Below are positions 38,291-48,384 of a DNA stretch of 64,000 bases, one piece after another. Source of the stretch: Roseibium sp. (lineage in GTDB: Bacteria > Pseudomonadota > Alphaproteobacteria > Rhizobiales > Stappiaceae); assembly GCF_965140465.1 (NCBI RefSeq), contig NZ_OZ223238.1; one strand, 5' to 3'. The notes under the pieces were generated by a model. That model was not told where the DNA came from. It worked only from the letters and a program-made list of their open reading frames with translations, and ran no database searches. Position 1 is the stretch's first letter; each line of letters begins with the position of its first letter. The position numbers were made by a program, and so were the translations under genes.

Positions 38291-41109
38291 GGGCGCACCT
38301 TCTGCCGAACGACGTCCGGTCCCTTGCCGACGGGTGAGTTCTGTCCCTTGAACACTGGCTGGCTCTCCGCTTGCCGGTCTGCTTTTTCAATCCTGACCCG
38401 AAGGTCGAACCAGGCTGCCTGGCCCGTGATGGGGTCCGAGTTGGACCAGCGCAATCCATCGCCGCGCGCGGGCAACAATTCATGGATCAGGTGGTTCAGC
38501 AAGAAACCCCTGGTCGCTTCTGGCGCATCTTCATCAAGGGCCCAGGCTCCCTTGCGCTTGCCTATCGCGTTCCACGTCCAGACCGTGTCGTCATTCAGTG
38601 CCGCCATGTGGGCGACCGGAACCGTGATCTCGCCATGAACCGAGGTCACCCTGGCCCAGTCCCCATCCCGGAACCCGTTCTCCTTCCAGATCTTGCTGGA
38701 CACATAAAGCGGGTTCTGGCCATGGATCTGGCGCAACCAGGCATTCTGGCTGCCCCAGGAATGGTACATGGCCATTGGCCGCTGGGTCAGCGCATGGACC
38801 GGGTAATCCGTTTCCGAAACATGATCGTCTTCGAGCGGCGGATACCAAATCGGCAGGGGATCCAGCTTCTCCCGGATCTGTGCCCTCAGATGATCTGGCG
38901 GCTGCCTCTTTCCGTGCCCCTCGGCGGCCAGCTGGAACCGGCGCAGCGGTTCGACATAGAGCTGGAAAAGATAGGGTTGAGGCTTGTCGTAAAAGCCAAG
39001 TCCGACGGCCCAGTCCTGATAGGCCTCGTTCCAGGGCTTGTAGAAAGCAGCTTCATCCGGGACGTGCTCTATGAAAAACCCGCCGTTCTCGATGTATCTG
39101 TCCATCTGGTCCGGATTGACGCCACCGCGGCCCGTCTGGCCGCCATCCCCCCTGAACCCGGCGAGCGGTCCAATTCCGGGTCGGCGTTCGTGATTGACGA
39201 TGTAGTCCGCATAGTCCTCGTACTTGGCACTGCCATCTTCATTGACGAAACCGGGCAGGCCAAGACGCGCACCGAGATCGATCAGTACGGACTGGAAACC
39301 ACGCACATCCCGGTCCGGTTCGATGACCGGCCACCGGATCGCGTCCGCCGCACCGTCCGCCTCGCAGATCGGCCTGTCGAGCAGGCTGATACAGTCATGA
39401 CGCTCCAGGTAGGTCGTGTCCGGCAGGATCAGGTCGGCATAGGCAACCATCTCGGAGGAATAGGCATCGGAATAGATGATCCGAGGAATGACATAGTCGC
39501 CGTTCTCATCCTTGTCCGTGAGCATGTCCATGACACCCTTGGTGTTCATGGAAGAATTCCACGCCATGTTCGCCATGTAGAGGAACAGCGTATCGATCTT
39601 GTAGGGATCCCCGGCATGGGCGTTGGAGATCACCATATGCATCAGCCCGTGGGCGGACATCGGGTTTTCCCAGGTGAACGCCTTGTCAATGCGGGCCGGT
39701 GAACCGTCTTCCTTCAGCGCCAGGTCATCCGGGCCGCGGACGAAACCGAGATGGGGACCGTCAAGCGGACAATCCGGTTTTGAATGGCAATGCGGTGTCG
39801 GGTGGGCCTCGACCGGCTTGGGATAGGGCGGTTTGAACCGGAACCCTCCGGGGACCTCAACGGTGCCCAGCAGGATCTGGAGAACATGGAGCGCACGACA
39901 GGTCTGGAAGCCGTTGGAATGGGCGGAGATCCCGCGCATGGCGTGAAAGCTGACCGGTCGCCCGACCATCTTTTCATGGCGCTCGCCGCGAAAATCCGTC
40001 CAAGCCTGATCGAGCTCGAAGGCTTCTTCCAATGCAACACGCGCCAGCTCTGCAGCGATGGCCCTGATGCGTCCGGCAGGAACACCACATTTGTCTGCAA
40101 CAGCTTCGGGGCTGTAATCATCTGACAGATAACGCTCCGCCAGGTGCTGGAACACGGTGCGATGGGTGTGACCATCCTGTTCGAATTGTGCCGCCAGATC
40201 CGGGCGCACGCCCTTGGCGTCGAAAGCCATGGGCTTGCCGCTGGCGCGATCGATCACGATTGGCTTGCCGTCGGCGTCCCGCAGTAGAAGGCCGTGTTCC
40301 TCGGAAGCCGGGTCTTCGTTGATGAGACACGGCGCGTTCGTGAAGCGGGTCAGATATTCCAGATCGATCTTGCCGGACTTCAGCAGCTCGTGGACCAGGG
40401 AGAGAATGAAAAGACCGTCTGTCCCGGGCGTGATACCGACCCACTCATCAGCAATGGCATTGTATCCGGAGCGGATCGGGTTGACGCCGATGACCTTGCC
40501 ACCGTTCCCCTTGAGTTTTCCGAGACCCATCTTGATCGGGTTGGAATCATGATCCTCGGCCACCCCGAATATCATGAAGAGACGTGTACGCTCCCAGTCC
40601 GGCTGCCCGAATTCCCAGAAGGCACCGCCCATCGTGTAGATGCCGGCCGTCGCCATGTTCACGGAACAAAAGCCGCCATGCGCCGCGTAGTTGGGCGTGC
40701 CGAAATTCTGCGCCCAGAAGCTCGTGAAGCTCTGCGACTGGTCGCGCCCGGTGAAGAACGCGAGTTTCTCCGGCGCCGACTTGCGAAGGGGCTCCATCCA
40801 GCCGGTCGCGATCTGCAGCGCTTCTTCCCAGCTGATCTCTTCAAACGCACCAGACCCGCGCGGTCCGGTGCGTTTCAGCGGTGCGCGCAGACGAGACGGA
40901 GCCGTGACCTGCATGATCCCGGAGGATCCCTTGGCACATAGAACGCCCTTGTTGACCGGGTGGTCCCGATTGCCCTCGATATAGGCGACCTTGCCGTCCT
41001 TCAGATGCACATTGATGCCGCACCGGCAGGCGCACATGTAGCAGGTGGTCTTGCGGATTTCATCGGATACCGGCGGCGACGTCTCAAGAAAAGGTTCTGT
41101 ATGAGCCAT
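38287..41109 (-). CDS. soeA: Molybdopterin-guanine-dinucleotide oxidoreductase catalytic subunit without a Tat signal; SoeA-like cytoplasmic sulfite dehydrogenase
   Basis: 940-aa ORF. The N-terminal FS0 cluster motif is CYMCACRCGINVHLKDGKV...KGVLCAKG, and there is no RRxFLK twin-arginine leader. The subunit sizes (940/248/295 aa) match the reported SoeABC. It lies downstream of xsc. Confidence 0.75.
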   Translation of the reverse strand: MAHTEPFLETSPPVSDEIRKTTCYMCACRCGINVHLKDGKVAYIEGNRDHPVNKGVLCAKGSSGIMQVTAPSRLRAPLKRTGPRGSGAFEEISWEEALQIATGWMEPLRKSAPEKLAFFTGRDQSQSFTSFWAQNFGTPNYAAHGGFCSVNMATAGIYTMGGAFWEFGQPDWERTRLFMIFGVAEDHDSNPIKMGLGKLKGNGGKVIGVNPIRSGYNAIADEWVGITPGTDGLFILSLVHELLKSGKIDLEYLTRFTNAPCLINEDPASEEHGLLLRDADGKPIVIDRASGKPMAFDAKGVRPDLAAQFEQDGHTHRTVFQHLAERYLSDDYSPEAVADKCGVPAGRIRAIAAELARVALEEAFELDQAWTDFRGERHEKMVGRPVSFHAMRGISAHSNGFQTCRALHVLQILLGTVEVPGGFRFKPPYPKPVEAHPTPHCHSKPDCPLDGPHLGFVRGPDDLALKEDGSPARIDKAFTWENPMSAHGLMHMVISNAHAGDPYKIDTLFLYMANMAWNSSMNTKGVMDMLTDKDENGDYVIPRIIYSDAYSSEMVAYADLILPDTTYLERHDCISLLDRPICEADGAADAIRWPVIEPDRDVRGFQSVLIDLGARLGLPGFVNEDGSAKYEDYADYIVNHERRPGIGPLAGFRGDGGQTGRGGVNPDQMDRYIENGGFFIEHVPDEAAFYKPWNEAYQDWAVGLGFYDKPQPYLFQLYVEPLRRFQLAAEGHGKRQPPDHLRAQIREKLDPLPIWYPPLEDDHVSETDYPVHALTQRPMAMYHSWGSQNAWLRQIHGQNPLYVSSKIWKENGFRDGDWARVTSVHGEITVPVAHMAALNDDTVWTWNAIGKRKGAWALDEDAPEATRGFLLNHLIHELLPARGDGLRWSNSDPITGQAAWFDLRVRIEKADRQAESQPVFKGQNSPVGKGPDVVRQKVRP

Positions 41110-42248
41110 CAGGCAGGCTCCATGACTGACAGGGCATCACAGGCGATCATCCATTCCTCCTCGGCCGGCACGATCCAGGTCGAAACGGTCGCTCCCGGAT
41201 CACTCAGACAGGCTTGTCCGGCTTCATTGAAGCCTTCGTTCAAAGAAGCACCGGCCCAGGCCAGCCCTTTCAAAATTCTGCCACGGATGTCCGCATCATT
41301 TTCACCGATGCCACCGGTGAAGGCGATGCCGTCCAATCCCTCCATGGCCGAAATCATAGACCCGGCATGGCGCACAGCCCAATAGCAAAAATGCTCGATG
41401 GCAAATTGTGATCGCGAGGTGCTCTCCGCGTGCAACCCGCGCATGTCGGATGTTCCACCAAGACCCAGCAACCCGCTCTCGTTATTGAGAATTTCCCCTG
41501 TGCGCTCGACACCGAATTGACCGGCAAGCCTCAAGACCAGATTGGCATCAATCGACCCCACCCGCGTCCCCATCGTCAGGCCTTCGATCGGGGAATAGCC
41601 CATCGTGGTTGCCACGGACCTGCCGTTTCGGATCGCGCACAGGCTGGCGCCGTTGCCCAGGTGAAGGGCGAGCAACCTTTCCGGCAACTTCCGGCCCGAG
41701 ATGTCAGGCAGTTTCCGCACCATGGCAGCATAGGAAATGCCATGAAATCCGTAGCGCAGAACGTCAGGATCCGTGACCTCCAGCGGAAGCGCATAGCGTC
41801 GCGCAACATCCGGATTCGAGGTGTGGAAAGCCGTGTCGAAGCTTGCACATTGCGGCAGGTCCGGAGCGATCTGCGCCAGCGCTCTGATCGCGGAGAGATT
41901 GTGCGGATTGTGGAGCGGGGCCAATGGCGTACAACGCTCGATTTCTTCAAGAACACTATCACCCAACCGGCAGGGCTTCGTCAGATGAGGCCCGCCGTGT
42001 ACCACCCGGTGACCCGCTGCCGCCAGGCTCGAGGGATCGACACCCTTCTCCTGAAGCGCTTTCAAGATCACCGTCATGGCGTCCACATGACTGGTGAGAG
42101 AAACGCCGCGGTCAACCCCATCCACAGACAGCATGGAGGCGCCACCGATTTCGGTGGCACTTCCATGAGTTTTCTTCGACAGGTTTTCATCAAACAGTGC
42201 GAACTTGATTGATGACGACCCGGAATTCAGGACAAGGGTCTCTCCCAT
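41109..42248 (-). CDS. ackA: Acetate kinase
   Basis: 379-aa ORF. LVLNSGSSSIKFALF is the N-terminal phosphate-1 motif; also GHRVVHGG and HLGNGASLCAI. Its stop shares one nt with the soeA ATG. Confidence 0.9.
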   Translation of the reverse strand: MGETLVLNSGSSSIKFALFDENLSKKTHGSATEIGGASMLSVDGVDRGVSLTSHVDAMTVILKALQEKGVDPSSLAAAGHRVVHGGPHLTKPCRLGDSVLEEIERCTPLAPLHNPHNLSAIRALAQIAPDLPQCASFDTAFHTSNPDVARRYALPLEVTDPDVLRYGFHGISYAAMVRKLPDISGRKLPERLLALHLGNGASLCAIRNGRSVATTMGYSPIEGLTMGTRVGSIDANLVLRLAGQFGVERTGEILNNESGLLGLGGTSDMRGLHAESTSRSQFAIEHFCYWAVRHAGSMISAMEGLDGIAFTGGIGENDADIRGRILKGLAWAGASLNEGFNEAGQACLSDPGATVSTWIVPAEEEWMIACDALSVMEPA

Positions 42249-42265
42249 AACCGCAATCTAACGCG

Positions 42266-44044
42266 TCAGATGCCGGACTGCGGTCTCATGTCCGACTTCG
42301 AGATGCCCGCGACCGCCACCGGCTTCTTCATGGCATCACGTCGGAAGGGTTCCCCCAGTTCCTGGTTGATCAGCACCTCGATCAGGGTTGTCTTGCCGTT
42401 TTTCATCTGGTCTTCGACGGCCGTATCAAGCATCTGGGTCAATTCATCCATCGTCCGTGCCTGAACACCCTGCAATCCGCAGGCCTGGGCGATCGCCGCA
42501 TAGCTGACATCCTCGTCCAGCTCGGTGCCGACGAAATTGTCTTCGTACCAGAGCGTCGAATTGCGCTTCTCCGCACCCCACTGATAATTCCGGAAGACAA
42601 CCATGGTGATGGGTGGCCATTCGCTGCGGCCGATTGCGGTAAGCTCGGTCACGGCAATGCCGAAAGCGCCGTCGCCTGCAAAGCCCACAACCGGTGTATC
42701 AGGACATCCGATCTTGGCGCCGACAATGGCCGGCAGACCGTAGCCACATGGACCGAACAGACCGGGTGCCAGATACTTGCGGCCTGCCTCGAAGGTCGGA
42801 TAGGCATTGCCGATCGCGCAGTTGTTGCCAATGTCGGAGCTGATGATCGCTTCCTTTGGCAATGCTGCCTGAATGGCCCGCCAGGCCTTGCGCGGGCTGA
42901 GCCACTCCGGCTTGGCCGCGCGTGCGCGCTCATTCCAGGTCGTGCCTGGGTCATCATCCTCATGATCCATCGAGGACAGCTGTTGTGCCCATCTGGACTT
43001 GGTCTGGGAAATCGTGTGGCGGCGCTCTTCGCGGCCGGCATCGCCCGCAGACGAGGACAGGTTTTCAAAGATGGCATCGGCAACCTTCCTGGCGTCACCG
43101 ACAATGCCCACGGAGACCGGTTTCGTCAGTCCGATCCGGTCCGGGTTGATATCAACCTGAATGATCTTGGCATCGCGCGGCCAATAGTCGATGCCGTAGC
43201 CCGGCAGGGTCGAGAACGGATTGAGCCTCGTTCCGAGCGCGAGCACGACATCGGCCTGGGAGATCAGTTCCATGCCGGCTTTCGAACCGTTATATCCGAG
43301 CGGCCCGGCAAAGAGCGGATGAGACCCCGGGAAGGCATCGTTGTGCTGGTAGCCACAGCATACGGGGGCATCGAGGCGCTCGGCCAAGGCAATCGACGAT
43401 GGAATGGCGCCCGAAAGCACCACACCCGCTCCGTTCAGGATCACCGGGAATTTTGCTTCGCTCAGAAGTCTGGCAGCATCGGCGATAGCGGTGTCCCCAC
43501 CACCCGGTCGTTCGAAATCGACGATGGCCGGCAGCTCGATATCGATCACCTGGGTCCAGAAATCGCGCGGCATGTTGATCTGCGCCGGAGCACTTGCCCG
43601 AAGCGCCTGCAGGATGACCCGGTTGAGCACTTCCGCAACACGGCTCGGGTCCCGGACTTCCTCCTGATAGGCGACCATGTCCTTGAAAAGCGCCATCTGT
43701 TCGACTTCCTGGAAACCGCCCTGACCGATGGTCTTGTTGGCAGCCTGCGGCGTGATCAGAAGCAACGGCGTGTGGTTCCAGTAAGCGGTTTTGACAGCCG
43801 TGACGAAGTTGGTGATGCCCGGTCCGTTCTGCGCGATCATCATGCTCATCTTGCCGCTGGCGCGGGTAAAGCCGTCCGCCATCATGCCACCGGAGCCTTC
43901 GTGAGCACAGTCCCAGAACGTGATCCCGGCTTCCGGAAACAGGTCGGAAATCGGCATGAAGGCGGATCCGATAATACCGAAGGCATGCTCAATTCCATGC
44001 ATCTGAAGCACTTTTACGAAGGCTTCTTCGGTTGTCATTTTCAT
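42266..44044 (-). CDS. xsc: Sulfoacetaldehyde acetyltransferase (ThDP-dependent)
   Basis: 592-aa ORF. The N-terminus MKMTTEEAFVKVLQMHGIEHAFGIIGSAFMPISDLF...ITFWDCAHEGSGGMMADGF and the ThDP motif GDGAFG...N match Xsc. Confidence 0.9.
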   Translation of the reverse strand: MKMTTEEAFVKVLQMHGIEHAFGIIGSAFMPISDLFPEAGITFWDCAHEGSGGMMADGFTRASGKMSMMIAQNGPGITNFVTAVKTAYWNHTPLLLITPQAANKTIGQGGFQEVEQMALFKDMVAYQEEVRDPSRVAEVLNRVILQALRASAPAQINMPRDFWTQVIDIELPAIVDFERPGGGDTAIADAARLLSEAKFPVILNGAGVVLSGAIPSSIALAERLDAPVCCGYQHNDAFPGSHPLFAGPLGYNGSKAGMELISQADVVLALGTRLNPFSTLPGYGIDYWPRDAKIIQVDINPDRIGLTKPVSVGIVGDARKVADAIFENLSSSAGDAGREERRHTISQTKSRWAQQLSSMDHEDDDPGTTWNERARAAKPEWLSPRKAWRAIQAALPKEAIISSDIGNNCAIGNAYPTFEAGRKYLAPGLFGPCGYGLPAIVGAKIGCPDTPVVGFAGDGAFGIAVTELTAIGRSEWPPITMVVFRNYQWGAEKRNSTLWYEDNFVGTELDEDVSYAAIAQACGLQGVQARTMDELTQMLDTAVEDQMKNGKTTLIEVLINQELGEPFRRDAMKKPVAVAGISKSDMRPQSGI

Positions 44045-44089
44045 GTCGGTTTCTCCGGTGAATTCAGGTCTTGTTTCGATTAACTAGGG

Positions 44090-45472
44090 TCAGCCGAATA
44101 CGGCGCCCAGGGCCTCGCCAATTGCGGATGAGATCTCGTCAATGTCGTCGGACGTGGAGATGAGAGCCGGTGCAAGGCAAAGCGTGTTGTTCAGGCCGGG
44201 CAGTGACCGGTTGGTCATGCCGATGATGACACCCTGCTTGCGGCAGTGGGCAACCACGGCCTGGACCATCGCCTCGTCGGCTGGTTCCCGCGTGGTCCGG
44301 TCCTTGACCAGTTCCGCGCCCACCAGGAGTCCCTTGCCGCGCACTTCGCCGATCACGGAATGCTTGTCCTGGAGCGTCCTGAGGTTATCCATCAGGCGCT
44401 CACCCATGCGGTCGGTGTTCTCCAGCAGGTTTTCATCTTCGATGATCCGCATGTTTTCCAAGGCCGCAGCCGGTCCGGAGGCACAACCGCCAAAGGTAGA
44501 GATGTCGCGGAAGAATCCGAGCGGATCGGACGCGTCATCCTTGAACTGGTTGAACACCTCTTCCGTGGTCACCGTGCAGGAGATCGCCGCATAGCCGGAG
44601 GCAACACCCTTGGCCATGGTCACGAAATCGGGTTTCACCCCATAGTGCTGGTAGCCGAACCATTCGCCGGTACGGCCGACACCGCAAACGACCTCGTCAA
44701 TATGGATCAGGATTTCGTAACGGTCGCAGATCTCCTGCACCCGCTCCCAATATCCCTTCGGTGGCACAATCACGCCACCGCCCGCGGTAATCGGCTCAAG
44801 GCAGATTGCGCCGATCGTGTCCGGTCCTTCCCGCAGGATGACTTCCTCGATCGCGTTAGCTGCGCGGGCACCATAGTCTTCGGGACTGTCGAACTGGTTG
44901 CGATATTCAAGGCAATGCGGCACTTCCACAAAGCCCGGCGTATAGGGTCCGTATTCAGCCGCCCGCTGCGGCTGTCCGCAGGCAGACAGGGCCGTGATCG
45001 TGGTGCCGTGGTAATCACGTTCGCGGTACAGGATCTTGCTCTTCTTGCCGCCATGGCGACGGTGCGAAATCTGGCGCACCATCTTGAAGACCTTCTCATT
45101 CGCTTCCGATCCCGAATTCGAATAATAGACGCGGGTCATGCCCGGCATCTTCTCGGTCAGTTTCTTGGCAAAGAGAGACCCTGGAATGGAGCCGGCCGCG
45201 TTGGCGAAGTAGTTCATCTTCACCAGCTGGTCGCGTACCGCATCGGCAATGCTCGTGCGGCCATAGCCGACATTGACCGTCCAGACGCCGCCGGACACTG
45301 CATCGAGGAATTCCTTCCCCGTCGCATCCCAGACCCGCATGCCCTTGCCTTCGACCATGATCTGCGGATCGTTGGTCTCAAGCGCCTTGTGCTGGAGCAG
45401 GTGATGCCAGACATGCGCCCGGTCCGACTCGATAACCTCGGAAAGGTCGTTTTTCGAAAGAACAGCGTCCAC
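44090..45472 (-). CDS. tpa: Class III aminotransferase, taurine:pyruvate aminotransferase-like
   Basis: 460-aa ORF with an omega-aminotransferase pattern (GGVWTVNVGYGR, SGSEANE, DEVVCGVGRTGEWFG, TMAKG with the PLP lysine). It lies directly upstream of xsc. Confidence 0.85.
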   Translation of the reverse strand: MDAVLSKNDLSEVIESDRAHVWHHLLQHKALETNDPQIMVEGKGMRVWDATGKEFLDAVSGGVWTVNVGYGRTSIADAVRDQLVKMNYFANAAGSIPGSLFAKKLTEKMPGMTRVYYSNSGSEANEKVFKMVRQISHRRHGGKKSKILYRERDYHGTTITALSACGQPQRAAEYGPYTPGFVEVPHCLEYRNQFDSPEDYGARAANAIEEVILREGPDTIGAICLEPITAGGGVIVPPKGYWERVQEICDRYEILIHIDEVVCGVGRTGEWFGYQHYGVKPDFVTMAKGVASGYAAISCTVTTEEVFNQFKDDASDPLGFFRDISTFGGCASGPAAALENMRIIEDENLLENTDRMGERLMDNLRTLQDKHSVIGEVRGKGLLVGAELVKDRTTREPADEAMVQAVVAHCRKQGVIIGMTNRSLPGLNNTLCLAPALISTSDDIDEISSAIGEALGAVFG

Positions 45473-45550
45473 AACGTTTCTCCCTGATCAGAATCCCGGC
45501 TGCTCGAACCGTCAGTTGGACTTCACATATGCATGGGTGCTTCAGGCGGA

Positions 45551-45583
45551 ATAGGGCCAAAAATCTTCAACTAATAGGTCCAG
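45551..45583 (-). promoter_or_regulatory. Pair of TauR-type direct repeats upstream of tpa
   Basis: On the tpa-sense strand: CTGGACCTAT (45583-45574), then TTGGCCCTAT (45560-45551), 23 bp start to start. The proximal repeat ends 79 nt upstream of the tpa ATG. The same 9-mer core occurs in the tauR-tauA region. Confidence 0.5.
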
Positions 45584-45874
45584 ATAACGGGTCTGCCACG
45601 GCAATTGACCCGCCAGGTTTCGGACCTCGCTTTCCAGCTCTCGGCCTTTCTTCGAACGATTTGTCTGGCGAGCCACATCTCACAGGCGAGCGTCAGCCGT
45701 CCCGATTTCACCGCCAGATGAAAAAAACTTTGACTTTTTCAAACGCCTCGTGAAAAAACTAGAGAAATTTTCATTTTGCCTGCCGCGCAGCCCACTCCCA
45801 GCCGGTTTTCCATCTCCAGGGATGGTTCCCATCGCTGACGGTCTGCAGGGGCGTTAGAACCACGGGCCAGTAAA

Positions 45875-48319
45875 ATGCCATTTCCCCCCTCCAAAGCACG
45901 CGTTGTCATTATCGGTGGTGGTGTCGTCGGGTGCTCCGTTGCCTATCACCTTGTCAAAAAGGGTTGGTCTGATGTCGTACTGCTCGAACGCAAGCAGCTG
46001 ACCTCAGGCACGACCTGGCACGCGGCAGGGCTCATCGCGCAGCTGCGCGCCACTCAGAACATGACCCGGCTAGCCAAATACAGCCAGGAGCTCTACGCGG
46101 GCCTCGAAGCCGAAACCGAAGTCGCCACCGGATTCAGGCGCTGCGGATCAATCACCGTCGCACTCAGTGAAGAGCGCAACGAAGAATTGTTGAGGCAGGC
46201 CGCAATGGCACGGGCTTTCGGTGTCGAAGTCGAGGAGATCGGTCCCTCGGAGATCAAGGCGCGCTACGAGCACCTCAACATGGACGGTGTCGTGGGCGGT
46301 GTTTACCTGCCACTTGATGGTCAGGGGGATCCGGCCAACATTGCCCTGTCGCTGGCCAAGGGGGCACGGTTGGGCGGCGCCAAGGTGCTGGAGCGGGTCA
46401 AGGTCACAGGTGTCAACCGTGACGGAAGACGGATCACGGGCGTCGACTGGCAATCGGAAGACGGCAGCGGAACCATCGAGTGCGAACATGTGGTCAATTG
46501 TGGCGGCATGTGGGGTCACGAACTTGGTCGCATGACCGGCGTAAACGTGCCCTTGCATGCCTGCGAACACTTCTACATCGTCACCGACAACATTCCGGGC
46601 CTGACCCAGTTGCCCGTTCTGCGCGTTCCGGATGAATGCGCCTATTACAAGGAAGACGCCGGAAAAATCCTGCTTGGCGCCTTCGAGCCCAATGCAAAGC
46701 CCTGGGGTATGGACGGCATTCCCGACAGTTTCGAGTTCGATCAGCTCCCGGAGGATATCGAACATTTCGAACCTATCCTCGAAGCCGCGGTCAACCGGAT
46801 GCCGCTGCTCGCTGAGGCCGGTATCCATACCTTTTTCAACGGCCCCGAAAGCTTCACCCCTGACGACGCCTATCACCTGGGCCTCGGACCGACCATGGAC
46901 AATGTCTGGGTCGCTGCCGGCTTCAACTCCATCGGCATCCAGTCGGCGGGTGGAGCCGGCATGGCGCTGGCAGATTGGATGGATACCGGAGAGAAACCCT
47001 TTGACCTGGGCGATGTTGATATCGCACGCATGCAACCGTTCCAGGGCAACAAGAGCTACCTCTTCGAGCGTTCGAAGGAAACGCTTGGGCTGCTTTACGC
47101 CGACCACTTTCCGTTTCGCCAGAAAGCGACCGCACGTGGTATCCGGCGCACGCCTCTGCACGAGCACCTGAAAGCCAATGGGGCTGTCTTCGGGGAGCTC
47201 GCCGGCTGGGAACGTGCCAACTGGTTTGCAGATGAAGGCCAGGAACGGGCCTACCAGTACTCCTGGAAACGCCAGAACTGGTTCGAAAACTCGGCCCGCG
47301 AGCACATGGCTGTCCGCGAGAATGTCGGGCTCTACGACATGTCCTCTTTTGGCAAGATCCGCGTTGAAGGACCCGACGCAGAAAAATTCCTGAACTATGT
47401 CGGGGGCGGCAACTACGCCGTGCCATCAGGCAAGATCGTCTACACCCAGCTTCTGAACAACCGCGGCGGTATCGAGGCCGACGTGACGGTGACCCGCCTT
47501 TCGGAAACGGCGTATCTGGTCGTGACACCTGCCGCAACGCGCCTTGCCGACGAAACCTGGTTGCGACGGCATGCCGAGGGATTTCAGGTGGTGATCACCG
47601 ATGTCACACCGGGGGAAGCCGTCATCGCCGTCATGGGCCCTAATTCACGGACGCTGCTGCAAGCCGTTTCTCCAAACGATTTCACCAATCAGGGAAATCC
47701 GTTCGGCACGGCGCAGGAGATTGAAATCGGCATGGCACTCGCGCGCGCGCACCGCGTGACCTATGTCGGTGAACTGGGCTGGGAGATTTATGTCTCGTCG
47801 GATATGGCCGCGCATGTTTTCGAGGCTCTCCACTCCGCCTGCCGGGATCTGAACGGCCGCCTGTGCGGCATGCACATGATGGATTCCTGCCGGATCGAAA
47901 AGGGTTACCGGCATTTCGGCCACGACATCACCTGCGAAGATCATGTCCTGGAGGCAGGTCTCGGCTTCGCGGTGAAAACCGACAAGCCCGATTTCATCGG
48001 CAGGGACGCGGTGCTGCGCAAGCGCGAGAACGGGCTTGAAAAGCGTCTGCTCCAGTTCCGGCTCAAGGACCGGGAGCCGCTCCTTTATCACAACGAACCG
48101 GTTCTTCGGGACGGTGAGGTCGTCGGTTATCTTTCCAGCGGCAATTACGGACATGCCCTTGGTGCCGCCGTCGGGCTCGGCTACGTGCCTTGCAAGGGCG
48201 AAACACCGGCTCAGATGCTGAGTTCATCCTACGAGATCGACGTTGCCGGAACGCGGGTCGCTGCAGAGGCCTCCTTGAAACCGCTCTACGATCCGAAATC
48301 GGAACGCGTTAAAGTCTGA
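45875..48319 (+). CDS. FAD-dependent oxidoreductase fused to a GcvT-type folate-binding aminomethyltransferase domain (dimethylglycine/sarcosine dehydrogenase-like)
   Basis: 814-aa ORF with the N-terminal DAO dinucleotide fold VVIIGGGVVGCSVAYHL...SGTTWHAAG and a C-terminal GcvT fold (VGLYDMSSFGKIRVEGPDA, GELGWEIY). Confidence 0.85.
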   Translation: MPFPPSKARVVIIGGGVVGCSVAYHLVKKGWSDVVLLERKQLTSGTTWHAAGLIAQLRATQNMTRLAKYSQELYAGLEAETEVATGFRRCGSITVALSEERNEELLRQAAMARAFGVEVEEIGPSEIKARYEHLNMDGVVGGVYLPLDGQGDPANIALSLAKGARLGGAKVLERVKVTGVNRDGRRITGVDWQSEDGSGTIECEHVVNCGGMWGHELGRMTGVNVPLHACEHFYIVTDNIPGLTQLPVLRVPDECAYYKEDAGKILLGAFEPNAKPWGMDGIPDSFEFDQLPEDIEHFEPILEAAVNRMPLLAEAGIHTFFNGPESFTPDDAYHLGLGPTMDNVWVAAGFNSIGIQSAGGAGMALADWMDTGEKPFDLGDVDIARMQPFQGNKSYLFERSKETLGLLYADHFPFRQKATARGIRRTPLHEHLKANGAVFGELAGWERANWFADEGQERAYQYSWKRQNWFENSAREHMAVRENVGLYDMSSFGKIRVEGPDAEKFLNYVGGGNYAVPSGKIVYTQLLNNRGGIEADVTVTRLSETAYLVVTPAATRLADETWLRRHAEGFQVVITDVTPGEAVIAVMGPNSRTLLQAVSPNDFTNQGNPFGTAQEIEIGMALARAHRVTYVGELGWEIYVSSDMAAHVFEALHSACRDLNGRLCGMHMMDSCRIEKGYRHFGHDITCEDHVLEAGLGFAVKTDKPDFIGRDAVLRKRENGLEKRLLQFRLKDREPLLYHNEPVLRDGEVVGYLSSGNYGHALGAAVGLGYVPCKGETPAQMLSSSYEIDVAGTRVAAEASLKPLYDPKSERVKV

Positions 48320-48384
48320 CGCGGTCTGTTTGCGTAAAACGGCTCAGCGATAACGGACCTGCCCGGCATGGCCGGGCACAGGTT

